DNA of 64,000 nt from NCBI GenBank assembly GCA_007376135.1, contig VMFR01000002.1:221870-285869 (forward strand). The letters run 5' to 3'. Shown here piece by piece: positions 54,269 through 64,000 of this stretch. The translations under genes and the position numbers were made by a program. This stretch comes from Parcubacteria group bacterium Gr01-1014_31 (lineage in GTDB: Bacteria > Patescibacteriota > Patescibacteriia > Buchananbacterales > GWA2-38-13). The number at the start of each line of letters is the position of its first letter. Within the stretch, counting starts at the first letter, position 1. The notes under the pieces are model-generated. The model saw only the letters and a program-made list of their open reading frames with translations, was not told where the DNA came from and searched no databases.

Positions 54269-55015
54269 ATGCAAACCCTCGTGACCGGGGCAACATCGGG
54301 CATCGGGCGGGCCTTGGCGGGGCTGCTGACCGTGCGGGGCGACCGGGTGTTCGGCGTTGCGCGCAAAGCCGAGGCGCTGGCGGATGTGCAGGCCCAGCTG
54401 GGCAAGAATTTTTCGTTCGTTGCCGCGGACCTGGCGTCACCGGAGGCGGCCGATACCGTGGTGCGCGCCCTGGCCGTCGCAGGATTTACGCCGGACGCGG
54501 TGGTGCTCAACGCCGGCATTTACCCGCATGACAGCGACAAAGAATTCGATGCCGCCGTGGCAGCTCAGGTCCTGGCGGTCAACAGTACCGGCGCGCTGGC
54601 GCTGGTCGGCGCGCTTCTGCCGCAGCTGCTGCAGCGCGGCGGGCAGTTCGTCGCCGTCTCTTCCCTCTTTGCCCGGCGGCCCGATCCCCTGGGCGTCGGC
54701 TACGCGGCCAGCAAGGCGGCGCTGACCATGGCGTTCCGTTCGCTGGCGTTGCGGTACCGTAACCGCAGTGTCCGCTTCAAGGTCATCCAGTTCGGCCCCA
54801 TCGCGACCGAGGGTTTTGCCGGGGTCGAGCGGCGCCGCGTGCGATTCGCGCCGCATCTGCGCACCGCCGGCCAGGCGGCCGCGGCCATCGTGCGGACCAT
54901 GGCCGGTAACCGTACGGTGGTGACCTACCCGGGGCTCGTCGCCTGGGCGCTGCGGGTGACCGCGTTCCTGCCCGATCCCGCGTTCGATGCCATCACGCGG
55001 CCGTTCCGCCGCTAG
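54269..55015 (+). CDS. SDR family oxidoreductase
   Basis: TGATSGIGRA, YAASKAA. Confidence 0.85.
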   Translation: MQTLVTGATSGIGRALAGLLTVRGDRVFGVARKAEALADVQAQLGKNFSFVAADLASPEAADTVVRALAVAGFTPDAVVLNAGIYPHDSDKEFDAAVAAQVLAVNSTGALALVGALLPQLLQRGGQFVAVSSLFARRPDPLGVGYAASKAALTMAFRSLALRYRNRSVRFKVIQFGPIATEGFAGVERRRVRFAPHLRTAGQAAAAIVRTMAGNRTVVTYPGLVAWALRVTAFLPDPAFDAITRPFRR

Positions 55016-55020
55016 TACTT

Positions 55021-55788
55021 ATGGAGCTTGCCCGCCACACGACGCTCGTTGAGCCGCCCACGGGGCCGGAACTTTCGGTCGTGGTGTTGTGCTACCGCGC
55101 CGAAGAATTGGCGCGCGAGTTCGTGGCGCAGCTGACCCGCGAGCTTCGGGAGGCGCACCTTGATTATGAATTGGTGCTGGTCGCGAATTTCCATGCCGGC
55201 AGCGATGACCGCACGCCCCGGATCGTGCGCGAATTGGCGGCGGCCAACCCTCGCATCAAGGTGGTCGCGCGCGTCAAAGAAGGCATGATGGGCTGGGATA
55301 TGCGCGCCGGCCTCGAGGCGGCGACGGGTCGGCATCTCGCGGTCATCGACGGCGACGGCCAAATGCCCTCCAGCGATATCGTCAAGGTGTACCAAGTGCT
55401 GCAGGTGGGTGGCTATGATCTGGTAAAAACTTTCCGCGCGCAGCGGCACGACGGGTGGTACCGCGCCACGATTTCCCGATTCTACAACCTGCTCTTCCGC
55501 GTGCTGTTCCCCGCGTCGGCCAGTTTCCGCGACATCAATTCCAAACCCAAGGTGATGGCGCGCCGCGCTTACCAGGCGATGCAGTTGTTATCGAATGACT
55601 GGTTCACGGATGCGGAGATCATGCTGGAGGCTTTGCGGTTGAAACTGAAGGTCGGGGAGGTTTCCACCATCTTTTATAAGAACGAGCGGCGGGCGTCGTT
55701 CGTGCCGCCGTCGGCGATCTGGGAATTTTTGCGCAATCTGCTGTACTACCGTTTCCGCCGCCGGGTGCCGCCCCCTTCCCAGCGTTAA
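55021..55788 (+). CDS. family 2 glycosyltransferase (Dpm1/GtrB-like)
   Basis: VVVLCYRAEE, DGDGQ (DxD). Confidence 0.8.
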   Translation: MELARHTTLVEPPTGPELSVVVLCYRAEELAREFVAQLTRELREAHLDYELVLVANFHAGSDDRTPRIVRELAAANPRIKVVARVKEGMMGWDMRAGLEAATGRHLAVIDGDGQMPSSDIVKVYQVLQVGGYDLVKTFRAQRHDGWYRATISRFYNLLFRVLFPASASFRDINSKPKVMARRAYQAMQLLSNDWFTDAEIMLEALRLKLKVGEVSTIFYKNERRASFVPPSAIWEFLRNLLYYRFRRRVPPPSQR

Positions 55789-55798
55789 CCTTCGCCTC

Positions 55799-58171
55799 AT
55801 GGGTGTTGTTGCCCGAGCGCGTTCCCTGGGGTGGCTGGCACTCCCCTTGGTGACGGTCATCGCCGTTTTTTCCCCGGTGCTGTTTTTCGGCCGGGTGTTC
55901 GCGGACGGCGACGCGGTGCTGCAATTTTATCCTATTCTGACCTGGCTGCAGCGCGCGCTGCGCGCGGGTCAGTCCGTAGATTTCAACCCGCACGTGCTGG
56001 CCGGGTTTCCGACCGCCGCCAGCACCTTGGGCGGCCTGCGGTCGCCTTTGCAGCAGTGGCTGTTTGGGACGTTCGACGTCATCACCGTCTACGCCTGGCT
56101 GACGGGAGCGAGTTTTTTGCTGACCGCGCTGTGCACCTACGGTTTGGCGCGGGCGCTTGGGTTCGGCCGTCCGGCGGCGGCACTGCCGGCGCTGGTCGTT
56201 CCACTGTCTCCGGCGCTGCTCGGGTTTGCCGGCAACATCACCGTCAGCGTCACGTACTGGACATTCCCCGCGCTCTTGCTGTGCGTGTGGCACCTACATC
56301 GCTCGTCGGTGCGGCAGGCGCGCTGGTGGGTATCGGTTGCCGGCGGCGCGCTGATCTTCGCGCACAGTCTGCAGGTCGGTCACTTGCAGTGGCCGTTAGT
56401 GTACGGCACTGCGGCGTTCGCGTTCGCCGTAGCACTTTTCTGGCGGGAGCGGCGTTGGCAGACGCTCGCGGGAACGACGGCGCTGTTTGCGGCCGCGGCC
56501 GTCCTGGCGCTGCCGCTGCTGTTGCCGACCTTGGCGTTCGCGCGGCTTTCGGCGCGGCTGCATTCGGGCGCGAGCGGCGAGGGCGGGCTGCGGTTACTGG
56601 ATCTTTCCAGCTGGCTGTTGCCGCGCGTCGTGCTGCCGCGGCTGACCTCCACTCCCGGCTTCTTGTACGCCGGTGCGCTGCCGTTCCTATTGGCGGTGGT
56701 CGGTCTGCGGTTGCGCGACTGGCGGGTACGCGTCGCCTGGTGGGGGTTGTTGGGGAGTCTGCTCCTGGCCTGGTCGGGTTCGCCCCTCGCGTGGTTCGTG
56801 AACCGGCTGCCCGTATTCTCCTTATTCCGCGCGTCGGCGCGTTGGATGTACGTTGGCAACGTCGCGACGGCGTTCTTGGCGGCCGCGGGGTTGGATTTTA
56901 TCATCGCCCATGCGAATGGGGCCTGGCGACCGTTGGCGCAGCGCGTGAGTTCGTGGACCATGCGCGCCGTGGCGGTGCTGGCAGGGCTGTCCGCCGTCTG
57001 GCTGGCAGCCGCGGCGCCGTTGCGTACGGCGGCGTTCGCCTTGTTCGACCGTTACTGGTACGCGCGCACCACGGGGCTGCCGGTCTCTCACTATCACCAG
57101 GTGCTTGATGGGATGCTTTCGCAGTTTGCCAGCGGCGTCACCATTTGGTCATTTCCCACTGCGTTGGGAATCGTTTCTCTGGCGGCAGCCGCGTGGCTTT
57201 TGCGCCGTGTGGCCGACGGCAGGATCGGTGGCGCCGTTTTTGCCGCCCTGGCGCTGGCGCTGACCGCTGGAAATCTCGCGCCGCTGGCGTTCTCGGCGCT
57301 GCCGACCGCCGACGCGCGCGTGCTGCGTGTTGCACCGGGCTGGTCAGTGCCGCCCGGCGAACGCTTTTTTTCTTTTCTCCCCGGTTCCTCAGTGTATCAG
57401 CAGCTTGATGTCCCTTTTGGTTACGCGCCGGACGATAACATCGCGCTCCATCGCGCATTGGGGTCGGCCAACCTCCAGCTGCTGGATGGCAGCGACGGCC
57501 TGGACTACTACGACAACATCATGGACCGCCGCAGCGCCCGCGTGTTGTCCTATTTGGGTTCGAACCGCGGCACCACGGGTGAGCAATTGGCCACGCTGGA
57601 TGTCAGCTTTGAAGAAAAGCGTGCGCTCTTCCTGGAGCGGTTGCCGATGCTTGCCGCGTTGAACGTCGGCACCGTCGTGAGCCTGTATCCGCTGTCGCAC
57701 CCCGACCTGGCCCTCGTCGCAACTTTGGACGTAACCACTCGCCAGCTCCCGCTCTACGTCTACCGGTTAACGACCGTGCAGCCGCGTTTCTATTTTGCTC
57801 CCGCGGTGCAGGCGACGCCCGCGGTTGATGCTACGGATGCCTGGCAGGCATTTTTGGACCACCAGCCGCGGCTGTCCAACGCCGTCCTCTTGGAGTGCGC
57901 GGACTGCCCGATGTCCACGGCGACCGGTACGGTGCAGGTACTGGAAGCGTCAACCGCGCGGTACCGGTTCGCGGTGCGCGCCGCTGCGGAGGCGTGGTTC
58001 ATCTTCGGTTATGCCAACCTGCCGGGCTGGACGGCGGCGCTGGACGGCGTTCCGGCGGCGCACTATCCTGCCAACTACCTGCTGCAAGCGGTTCGGGTGC
58101 CGCAGGGCGACCATCAGCTTGAATTCACATATTCCCTGGATCGCGCCTGGCGCGATATCCTCACCCAGTAG
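55799..58171 (+). CDS. large polytopic membrane protein (YfhO/GT-C-like), putative glycosyltransferase
   Basis: about 14 TMs + periplasmic C-terminal domain. Confidence 0.5.
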   Translation: MGVVARARSLGWLALPLVTVIAVFSPVLFFGRVFADGDAVLQFYPILTWLQRALRAGQSVDFNPHVLAGFPTAASTLGGLRSPLQQWLFGTFDVITVYAWLTGASFLLTALCTYGLARALGFGRPAAALPALVVPLSPALLGFAGNITVSVTYWTFPALLLCVWHLHRSSVRQARWWVSVAGGALIFAHSLQVGHLQWPLVYGTAAFAFAVALFWRERRWQTLAGTTALFAAAAVLALPLLLPTLAFARLSARLHSGASGEGGLRLLDLSSWLLPRVVLPRLTSTPGFLYAGALPFLLAVVGLRLRDWRVRVAWWGLLGSLLLAWSGSPLAWFVNRLPVFSLFRASARWMYVGNVATAFLAAAGLDFIIAHANGAWRPLAQRVSSWTMRAVAVLAGLSAVWLAAAAPLRTAAFALFDRYWYARTTGLPVSHYHQVLDGMLSQFASGVTIWSFPTALGIVSLAAAAWLLRRVADGRIGGAVFAALALALTAGNLAPLAFSALPTADARVLRVAPGWSVPPGERFFSFLPGSSVYQQLDVPFGYAPDDNIALHRALGSANLQLLDGSDGLDYYDNIMDRRSARVLSYLGSNRGTTGEQLATLDVSFEEKRALFLERLPMLAALNVGTVVSLYPLSHPDLALVATLDVTTRQLPLYVYRLTTVQPRFYFAPAVQATPAVDATDAWQAFLDHQPRLSNAVLLECADCPMSTATGTVQVLEASTARYRFAVRAAAEAWFIFGYANLPGWTAALDGVPAAHYPANYLLQAVRVPQGDHQLEFTYSLDRAWRDILTQ

Positions 58172-58180
58172 TAGCCGCGT

Positions 58181-60250
58181 ATGTTCAATGTCCGCGCATT
58201 TCTCGGAACGTTTCGCTGGCCGCCGGCGCTTGCGGCGTTGGCTGCAACGACCTTGGGGTATTTTGCCGCTTCCCGCTTCCTGCAGGACCGCGTGCTGCCC
58301 GTGGACCGGTGGGCGGTCGCGCACAAGCTCTCCACATTCGAGGTTTTGCCCGAGCCTTGGGAGATGCCGCTATTTTTGGCGGGTTACCTGGCGATCCCGT
58401 TGATCGCCTTGGTCTTGTACTATCCGATCTCGTCGGCCTTCACGCGGGTGCGGCGCTGGCCGCGGCCGAGCGTCCGGCTCCGGCTGGGAATGCTCGCAGC
58501 AGTTGCCGTGCTGGCCGTTGCTCTGGGGTGGCGATTTTCGCCCCTGATCTCCGAGCGCGCGGCGTTCGTCGCCGGCTACCTGGAGCGCGTCGGCGTGTGG
58601 CATGCTTTGTGGCTCTTGACCACGAAACGGCTGTACGCCGTGCGGCTGGCGCTGGGGGTGAGTGTGGCGGTGTTCCTCTTCTTATCTTGGCGCTGGCGGC
58701 AGGCGAGTTTTCATTGGCTGAAGCGGCACGCCGACCCGCGGTGGATCGGCAGGCTGGAACCGCTGCTGCTGCTCCTGTTGGCCGTCATTATTTTCGATCC
58801 GTCATTCCCGTATGAGCAGCGACATGCCAACCATGTCATTGGCACCGTCAACGACGTGCTTGCCGGCAAGCCGTTCCTGTATGAGACCACCAATCAGTAC
58901 GGGATATTGAATACTTACGCGCTGGTCGCGCTGTTCCGAATCGTACCACTCGGCTACCAAACACTTTCCTTGGTCCTGTCCATCACCTACTTTTTTTTCT
59001 TCGCCTTCAGCTATGTATTGCTGAAGCGCTGGCTACGCTCACGCTCGCTGGCCTTGCTCGGTACGGTAACCGCGATCGGCACCTATTATCTCCTGCAAGC
59101 CGGACCGTTCCTTTCCTCGGTCCACTACCCGGGTACGACCCCGTACCGCCAGGGGTGGTATGTGCTGGTTGCCGCGGCGGTGCTGTGGGCGAGCCGCCGG
59201 CCGCAGCTTCCCTGGTGGCGTCGCGACTTGCCGCTGCAGCTCGCGGCGGTGGCGGCCGTGTGGAACCTGGATTCCGGTTTGGCCATCGCGGCGGCGGCTG
59301 TGGCGGCTGCAGCCACCGTGCAACTTTCCAGCCTGAGTTTGAGGGCGCTGCTGAAAAATCTTTGTGTTGTCGGCCTCCGGCAGGCGGCGTACCTGGCGCT
59401 AGGTTTTTCCGCGGTGGCGGTCGGCAACTTCTGGTACTACGGGGCGTGGCCGAACTTCTCCCTCTACCGCGATGCCATGGCCGTCTACCGGACGGGCATC
59501 AGCAAATTGCCCATGCCGGCGATCGGGATGTTCGAGTGGTATGTGCTGACCTACCTGGCCGCCGGAGTCCTGGCGCTGCGGCGCTGGGCCGCCGGGCGGA
59601 AGGTGGACGCAACATTTCTTTTCCTTTTGGTGTACGGCGCGCTATCGGTCACCTACTATGTCGGCAATTCAGCCTGGAGCTATTTGTACCCGATCAGCAC
59701 GCCGTTGGTGTTCGTGCTGCTGTACCTGGTTTCCGACCTTTATTTGTTTGCCGCCTATACCCGCGGTCCGCATGAACCCGTTGCCGCGCGGGCGTTCGTC
59801 GCGCTCGTTGCCTTCGTCGCGCTGATCGTCGCTGCGAAGCTGCCCGTGCTTTTCAGCACGCGCAACTACCAGGACATTCCCCGGCGGTTGCATCCAGAAG
59901 CGAGCGCCGACACCCCCGAACTGTTGGCGGATGCCCGGCGGATCGCCGCCGAGTTCCCGTCCGGCAGCCGGCCGCCGCTGGTGCACGCCAACGACGGCCA
60001 GCTTTTATTGATCTCCCGCCGCACCAACTGGTTCCCCATCTACGATCAGCTGGATGTGGTGTTCGATTGGAACCTGCAGCGGCTGACCGACCAGGTGCAC
60101 CGCGAGCGCCCCGAGTACCTGCTCATCGGCAATGAGGATTTTCCCTACCGGCCGTACTTCATGGCGGCGATCGACGGCCAGTATGCGCCGGCGGAATCGT
60201 GGGCAACGCTGCAGATCTACCGGCCTGTTCGCGCTCCCGGGCGGGATTGA
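58181..60250 (+). CDS. polytopic membrane protein (GT-C-like), hypothetical
   Basis: ORF track, many TMs. Confidence 0.5.
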   Translation: MFNVRAFLGTFRWPPALAALAATTLGYFAASRFLQDRVLPVDRWAVAHKLSTFEVLPEPWEMPLFLAGYLAIPLIALVLYYPISSAFTRVRRWPRPSVRLRLGMLAAVAVLAVALGWRFSPLISERAAFVAGYLERVGVWHALWLLTTKRLYAVRLALGVSVAVFLFLSWRWRQASFHWLKRHADPRWIGRLEPLLLLLLAVIIFDPSFPYEQRHANHVIGTVNDVLAGKPFLYETTNQYGILNTYALVALFRIVPLGYQTLSLVLSITYFFFFAFSYVLLKRWLRSRSLALLGTVTAIGTYYLLQAGPFLSSVHYPGTTPYRQGWYVLVAAAVLWASRRPQLPWWRRDLPLQLAAVAAVWNLDSGLAIAAAAVAAAATVQLSSLSLRALLKNLCVVGLRQAAYLALGFSAVAVGNFWYYGAWPNFSLYRDAMAVYRTGISKLPMPAIGMFEWYVLTYLAAGVLALRRWAAGRKVDATFLFLLVYGALSVTYYVGNSAWSYLYPISTPLVFVLLYLVSDLYLFAAYTRGPHEPVAARAFVALVAFVALIVAAKLPVLFSTRNYQDIPRRLHPEASADTPELLADARRIAAEFPSGSRPPLVHANDGQLLLISRRTNWFPIYDQLDVVFDWNLQRLTDQVHRERPEYLLIGNEDFPYRPYFMAAIDGQYAPAESWATLQIYRPVRAPGRD

Positions 60251-60333
60251 CCCTGGCGATTGCGGCACGCTACAGTAGCTAGAGCGCCCCCCTCCTTCGC
60301 GGTGCGGGGGCTTGGTCATCTATCCCTCGCTTT

Positions 60334-61683
60334 GTGTTTGCCCACACGCATCAACGGCTGCGATTCGCGTTGCAACATCCGTTCGCGCGGCATTCCGCCA
60401 TTCTGCAGACTGCCGGCATCATCAGCAAAGGCGTTGGCATCCTGACGGGTATACTGTTTGCCAACCTGTTGGGGCCGGAAGATTACGGCCTCTACGCGCT
60501 GGCAACGGCTTTGGCGGCGTTCCTTAATGTCTTTCAGGAATTCGGTATGGGTCATGCCATCGTGAACCTGCTGGCGCGCGCCGAGGCTAGGAGCGACCGT
60601 ACGGAAGCGCGGGACGTGCTGGCGTACTTTTTGAAAACCACGGTGGCCATCGGCGCGACGGCGGGCGTGGCGGGGATGCTGGTGGCGCCGTTCCTGGGAG
60701 AGCGCTGGTACCACGATCCGATGGTGGGCTGGTACGCAGCGCTGGGGGTACTGACGTTTGCGCTGACGTTCTTTGTTCCTCTGGTGACGACCCTGCAGCA
60801 GATCCGTCGCGAGCTGGTCCCCCTCGCCGTCTTGGAGACGGGCAGCAAGATCATCGGCGCCGCAGTGACCGTCGCCTGGGTGTTGTTGGGCGGTGGGGTG
60901 ATGGCGATCATCGGCGGCCAGTTTCTCCTGATGGCGGGGGCCAGTATCGCCGCGGCGTTCATCTACCGCCGTTACGTGCGCGCCGGGACCGCGGTCGGCC
61001 TGGGCGATCTGTGGCGCACCCGGGTGCCGTGGCCAAAGATCTCCTACTATTTCCGTTTCGGTTTTTTGATCGCCATCAGCAAGAATATTTTGAAGATCAA
61101 TCAGACCGTGCCGCTGCTGATGCTGGGCGCGGTGTTGCCGACGACCTCCGGGCTGGGGTTCTTCAAGGTCGCGTTCACCTACGTCGGGCTGCCGTTAGTC
61201 GTTGCCGACCCCATTGCGCGTCTGCTCAACGACCAGTTCCCCAAGACCGAGGTGGCCGGGAACAGTAAGCTGTTTAAGCGGTTCTACCAGATCACCGGTT
61301 TGACCCTCCTGATGGAATTGGTGGTGCTGCTGCCGGCGATCGTGCTGGCGCCCGTGCTCATCAACGCGCTGTTCCCCGCCTACGGGCCCGCGCTGCCGTT
61401 CATCATGGCGCTCTCTCCCTATCCGCTCCTGGTGGCCGGCGGGGTCGGGTTGGCGGCGATGTTTCGCACCCTCAACCGGATGCGGGTGAACGTCGCCATC
61501 CAGGTCTTCACGCTCCTGACGCTCCTGCCGCTGTCGTGGTATCTCATCAACGCGTCGGCCATCCGCGGGCTGGTCATTGCGACGCTGCTGTTCACGTTCG
61601 TCCCCAACTTTTTGAGCTTTGCCTATTTTTGGTGGCTGCGGAGGCGGCTGGTAGCGCCGCCGTTCCCCGCCGTTCCGGCGTAA
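60334..61683 (+). CDS. oligosaccharide flippase / polysaccharide biosynthesis protein (MOP superfamily)
   Basis: about 12-14 TM with Wzx-like spacing. Confidence 0.6.
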   Translation: MFAHTHQRLRFALQHPFARHSAILQTAGIISKGVGILTGILFANLLGPEDYGLYALATALAAFLNVFQEFGMGHAIVNLLARAEARSDRTEARDVLAYFLKTTVAIGATAGVAGMLVAPFLGERWYHDPMVGWYAALGVLTFALTFFVPLVTTLQQIRRELVPLAVLETGSKIIGAAVTVAWVLLGGGVMAIIGGQFLLMAGASIAAAFIYRRYVRAGTAVGLGDLWRTRVPWPKISYYFRFGFLIAISKNILKINQTVPLLMLGAVLPTTSGLGFFKVAFTYVGLPLVVADPIARLLNDQFPKTEVAGNSKLFKRFYQITGLTLLMELVVLLPAIVLAPVLINALFPAYGPALPFIMALSPYPLLVAGGVGLAAMFRTLNRMRVNVAIQVFTLLTLLPLSWYLINASAIRGLVIATLLFTFVPNFLSFAYFWWLRRRLVAPPFPAVPA

Positions 61684-61696
61684 CCAACATTGCGAT

Positions 61697-63427
61697 ATGA
61701 AAATCCTTGGCATTCATTTGGATACGCACGACAGCGGTGCCGCTATTGTGGAGGACGGCCGCGTGTTGGCGGCGGCCAACGAAGAGCGTTTTTCCCGTAC
61801 AAAGATGGATGGTGCGCCGCCCCGCCAGTCCATGGCTGCGGTGTTCGCGGTCGCGAATGTTGCGCCGCGTGAGCTGGATGTGGTCGCGTTCTCCGGCCTG
61901 CGGCCGGGGCCGCGCAAGTACTGGTATAACTTCATTCAGCAGGCGCAGCGGGTCACCTTTACGCGCGGCCGCTACCTGCGCTCCTTCTATACGTTGAAGA
62001 GCCGCGACCGCGGAAGGCTGTTGCGCCAGACGGGCGTCGCGGCCGTACTGGAGACGTGGCGCGTGGGGAAAGCCACGCAGCAGCTGATCGACGAGCTGCG
62101 CCGGCAGGGGTTTGCCGGCGAAGTCACGTTCGTCGACCACGACGAAGCGCACGCCGCCACCGCCTATTTCACCTCCGGCTTTGCCGATTGCTTTGTCGCC
62201 ATCATCGAAGGTTCCAGCTTTACCAATACGTGCTCGTTCTGGCGCGGTGCGAACGGTCGGCTGCAGAAAGTCGGCGCGGTACCCTTACCGCACAGCCCGG
62301 GCCGTTACTACGAGGTGGTGACGCGGATACTGGGGTTCCATCCCAAGAAGCACGGCGGCAAGATCACGGGGCTGGCGGCATTCGGCGATCCCGCGAAACT
62401 CGCTCCCGTGGTGAACCGGTTGTTGTGGGCCGAGGGCACCACGATGAAAGTCAGCCCGGAGCTGTTCGTGCTCCATGAGGAGTACTTCGCACGGGGGAAA
62501 AAACTGCCGGCGGTGTTTTCTGGCCACACCCGCGAGGATATTGCGGCGGCGTTCCAGCGCCGGCTGGAGGACGTCTGCGTCAGCATGCTTTCCGCGTGGC
62601 AAAAGCAGATGCCTTTTGAGCGCCTGGCGCTGTCGGGTGGCGTGGTTGCCAACGTCAAGCTGAATTTGGAGTTCCTGCGGCAGCTGCCGCTCAAGGAAGT
62701 GTTCGTGCATCCCGGTATGGGCGACGTGGGTCAGGCCTTAGGGGCGGCGTTGGGAGCCCTGGCGCAAAAGCATCCGTTGACTCCGCAGGCAATTCCGCAC
62801 GTGTACCTCGGCCCGGCGTTCGATGAGCGGCGCTGCACGGCCGCGTTGACGGCAGCTCGGCTTTCCTTCCGGCGCGAGGGCGACGTGGCTGCCTGGACCG
62901 CCGCGCGCCTGGCCGAGAACAAGGTCGTTGGTTTTTTCCAGGGCGCGATGGAGTACGGGCCGCGCGCACTGGGCAACCGTTCCATTCTGTATCCGGCGAC
63001 CGATCCCGAGGTGAACGATTGGCTGAACAAGCGGCTCAAGCGCAGCGAGTTCATGCCGTTCGCGCCGGTTACCCTGATGGAGAGGGCTGCCGACTGCTAT
63101 GAATTGACCGATCGCTGCCGAGCTGCGGCCACCTTCATGACCATTGCGCTGCCGGCGACGAAGTTCATGCGCGACAAAATGCCCGCGGCCGTGCACGTGG
63201 ATGGCACCTGCCGGCCCCAGCTGGTCAGCCGGGAAGGCAACGCGGTGTACTACGACGTCCTGCAGCGTTATGCGCAACTGACCGGACTGCCGAGTCTCGT
63301 GAACACCAGCTTCAATATGCATGAGGAGCCGATCGTGTGCACGCCCGAAGAGGCCATTAGCGCGTACCTGCAGAGCGAACTGGATGTGCTGGTGCTGGGT
63401 AATTTGGTGGTGGAAAAAACCGCGTAA
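61697..63427 (+). CDS. carbamoyltransferase (NodU/CmcH family)
   Basis: MKILGIHLDTHDSGAAIVEDGRVLAAANEERFSR N-terminal signature. Confidence 0.85.
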   Translation: MKILGIHLDTHDSGAAIVEDGRVLAAANEERFSRTKMDGAPPRQSMAAVFAVANVAPRELDVVAFSGLRPGPRKYWYNFIQQAQRVTFTRGRYLRSFYTLKSRDRGRLLRQTGVAAVLETWRVGKATQQLIDELRRQGFAGEVTFVDHDEAHAATAYFTSGFADCFVAIIEGSSFTNTCSFWRGANGRLQKVGAVPLPHSPGRYYEVVTRILGFHPKKHGGKITGLAAFGDPAKLAPVVNRLLWAEGTTMKVSPELFVLHEEYFARGKKLPAVFSGHTREDIAAAFQRRLEDVCVSMLSAWQKQMPFERLALSGGVVANVKLNLEFLRQLPLKEVFVHPGMGDVGQALGAALGALAQKHPLTPQAIPHVYLGPAFDERRCTAALTAARLSFRREGDVAAWTAARLAENKVVGFFQGAMEYGPRALGNRSILYPATDPEVNDWLNKRLKRSEFMPFAPVTLMERAADCYELTDRCRAAATFMTIALPATKFMRDKMPAAVHVDGTCRPQLVSREGNAVYYDVLQRYAQLTGLPSLVNTSFNMHEEPIVCTPEEAISAYLQSELDVLVLGNLVVEKTA

Positions 63428-63546
63428 CGGGGTATGCCCGATAGTACAATGGATTTATGAGGAAGCCAGAAGCTGGGCCTTGTAATTATTATGGTATAAG
63501 GCGGGCACGATTTATTCGCCCATGGTACTACCGGGTATGCGGGTGG

Positions 63547-64000
63547 TGATTTTGGCCGACCAATTCGCCCCCGCGCTCGGCGGGGCCCTGGGCGTGTGCT
63601 ACCAGCATGCCGTCGGTCTTTCCCGCCGCGGCCATCAGGTCACCGTGTTGACGGCCAACGGACAGCCCACGGCCGGGGTTGCAGTCAATGTGGTTACAGC
63701 GCCGTTCCATCCTCGCTGGGGCGCATACTTGGGGTTGCATCATCCCTCCGCCGTGCGGCAGGTGGCCGCGGCTTTGCGTCGGCTCAAGCCGGACATTGTC
63801 CATGCGCACAATATCTACCAGGCGCTTTCCTATCGCTGTCTGGAGGCAGCGCGTCGGTCTGCGCCGAAAGTTTTTCTGACCACCCACGACGTGCAGAGTT
63901 TTGCCTACGCCAAACTGACCCATTTCATTGATCCCGCGCGCAGAGACTGCCCGTTCCGGCCGAAGTATCGGACGTCGTGGCTCGTGAATTTGCGCACGGC
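63547..64000 (+). CDS. family 4 glycosyltransferase, N-terminal part (runs off window)
   Basis: MRVVILADQFAPALGG...GHQVTVLT (Glyco_transf_4 N-domain); no stop before window end. Confidence 0.7.

Noticed and set aside
1-64000. CRISPR arrays, rRNA genes, IS/transposase or integrase genes
   Set aside because: No regularly spaced direct repeats with unique spacers, no rRNA-like conserved blocks, and no DDE/tyrosine-recombinase motifs were seen in any ORF.

Overview
This is a high-GC (about 65%) bacterial chromosomal window, gene-dense on both strands. A beta-barrel-like C-terminal Phe on one secreted protein suggests a diderm cell.

Recognisable housekeeping and envelope genes:
- Biosynthesis: argB, a long-form hisG, a membrane fatty-acid desaturase and a homoserine dehydrogenase.
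- Transporters: an MFS transporter and an ABC exporter.
- Peptidases: two M23 peptidases, a C39-like peptidase and a CPBP protease.
- Small hydrolases and editing enzymes: YbaK, Nudix and HD hydrolases, and an MBL-fold hydrolase.
- Nucleic-acid and DNA-repair enzymes: a DEAD-box helicase, tRNA-Glu(UUC), endonuclease IV, a 3-methyladenine DNA glycosylase, YraN and RNase HII.
- Core cellular genes: trigger factor, an H+-pyrophosphatase, NusA, and trxA/trxB.
- Surface and glycan genes: a secreted surface protein with three FN3 domains, a LamG domain and C-terminal repeats, plus VanW.
- Glycan cluster at the 3' end: SDR, GT2, a YfhO-like protein, a flippase, a NodU/CmcH carbamoyltransferase and GT4.

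The most unusual regions:
- 32.8-39.0 kb: a consensus sigma70 promoter drives two translationally coupled unknown proteins (577 aa and 126 aa). They are followed by a 1048-aa fusion of an unknown N-terminal domain, a complete SNF2-family helicase and a class I (Methyltransf_11-type) methyltransferase, and then a 3-methyladenine DNA glycosylase. This is the best candidate for an undescribed system.
- 41.5-45.4 kb: a cassette-like array of four paralogous small proteins (116-166 aa) interleaved with a radical SAM enzyme and a VOC/glyoxalase protein. Each module is preceded by a conserved about 150-nt leader (GGGGGCGAC...TCGCCCCC hairpin plus a conserved SD+ATG uORF). The array is punctuated by a dispersed CCCTCTCCC/GGGAGAGGG hairpin family.
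- 24.85-25.9 kb: a low-GC island next to tRNA-Glu. The tRNA sits inside a perfect 18-bp inverted repeat and has decayed tRNA fragments on both sides. The island carries an AT-rich 3-TM membrane protein gene.
- 40.55-40.61 kb: a TTGAC heptad palindromic array between a TrmB-family regulator and nfo.
- About 401-640, 13851-14068 and 12566-12652: a roughly 230-nt intergenic element repeated at least 2.5 times, with covarying stems.
- Around 14.1 kb and 29.3 kb: two small Cys-rich protein genes with their own promoter/RBS/terminator or dense palindromic operator-like DNA.

No CRISPR array, rRNA or transposase was seen. Coordinates of hand-placed motifs may be off by 1-2 nt.
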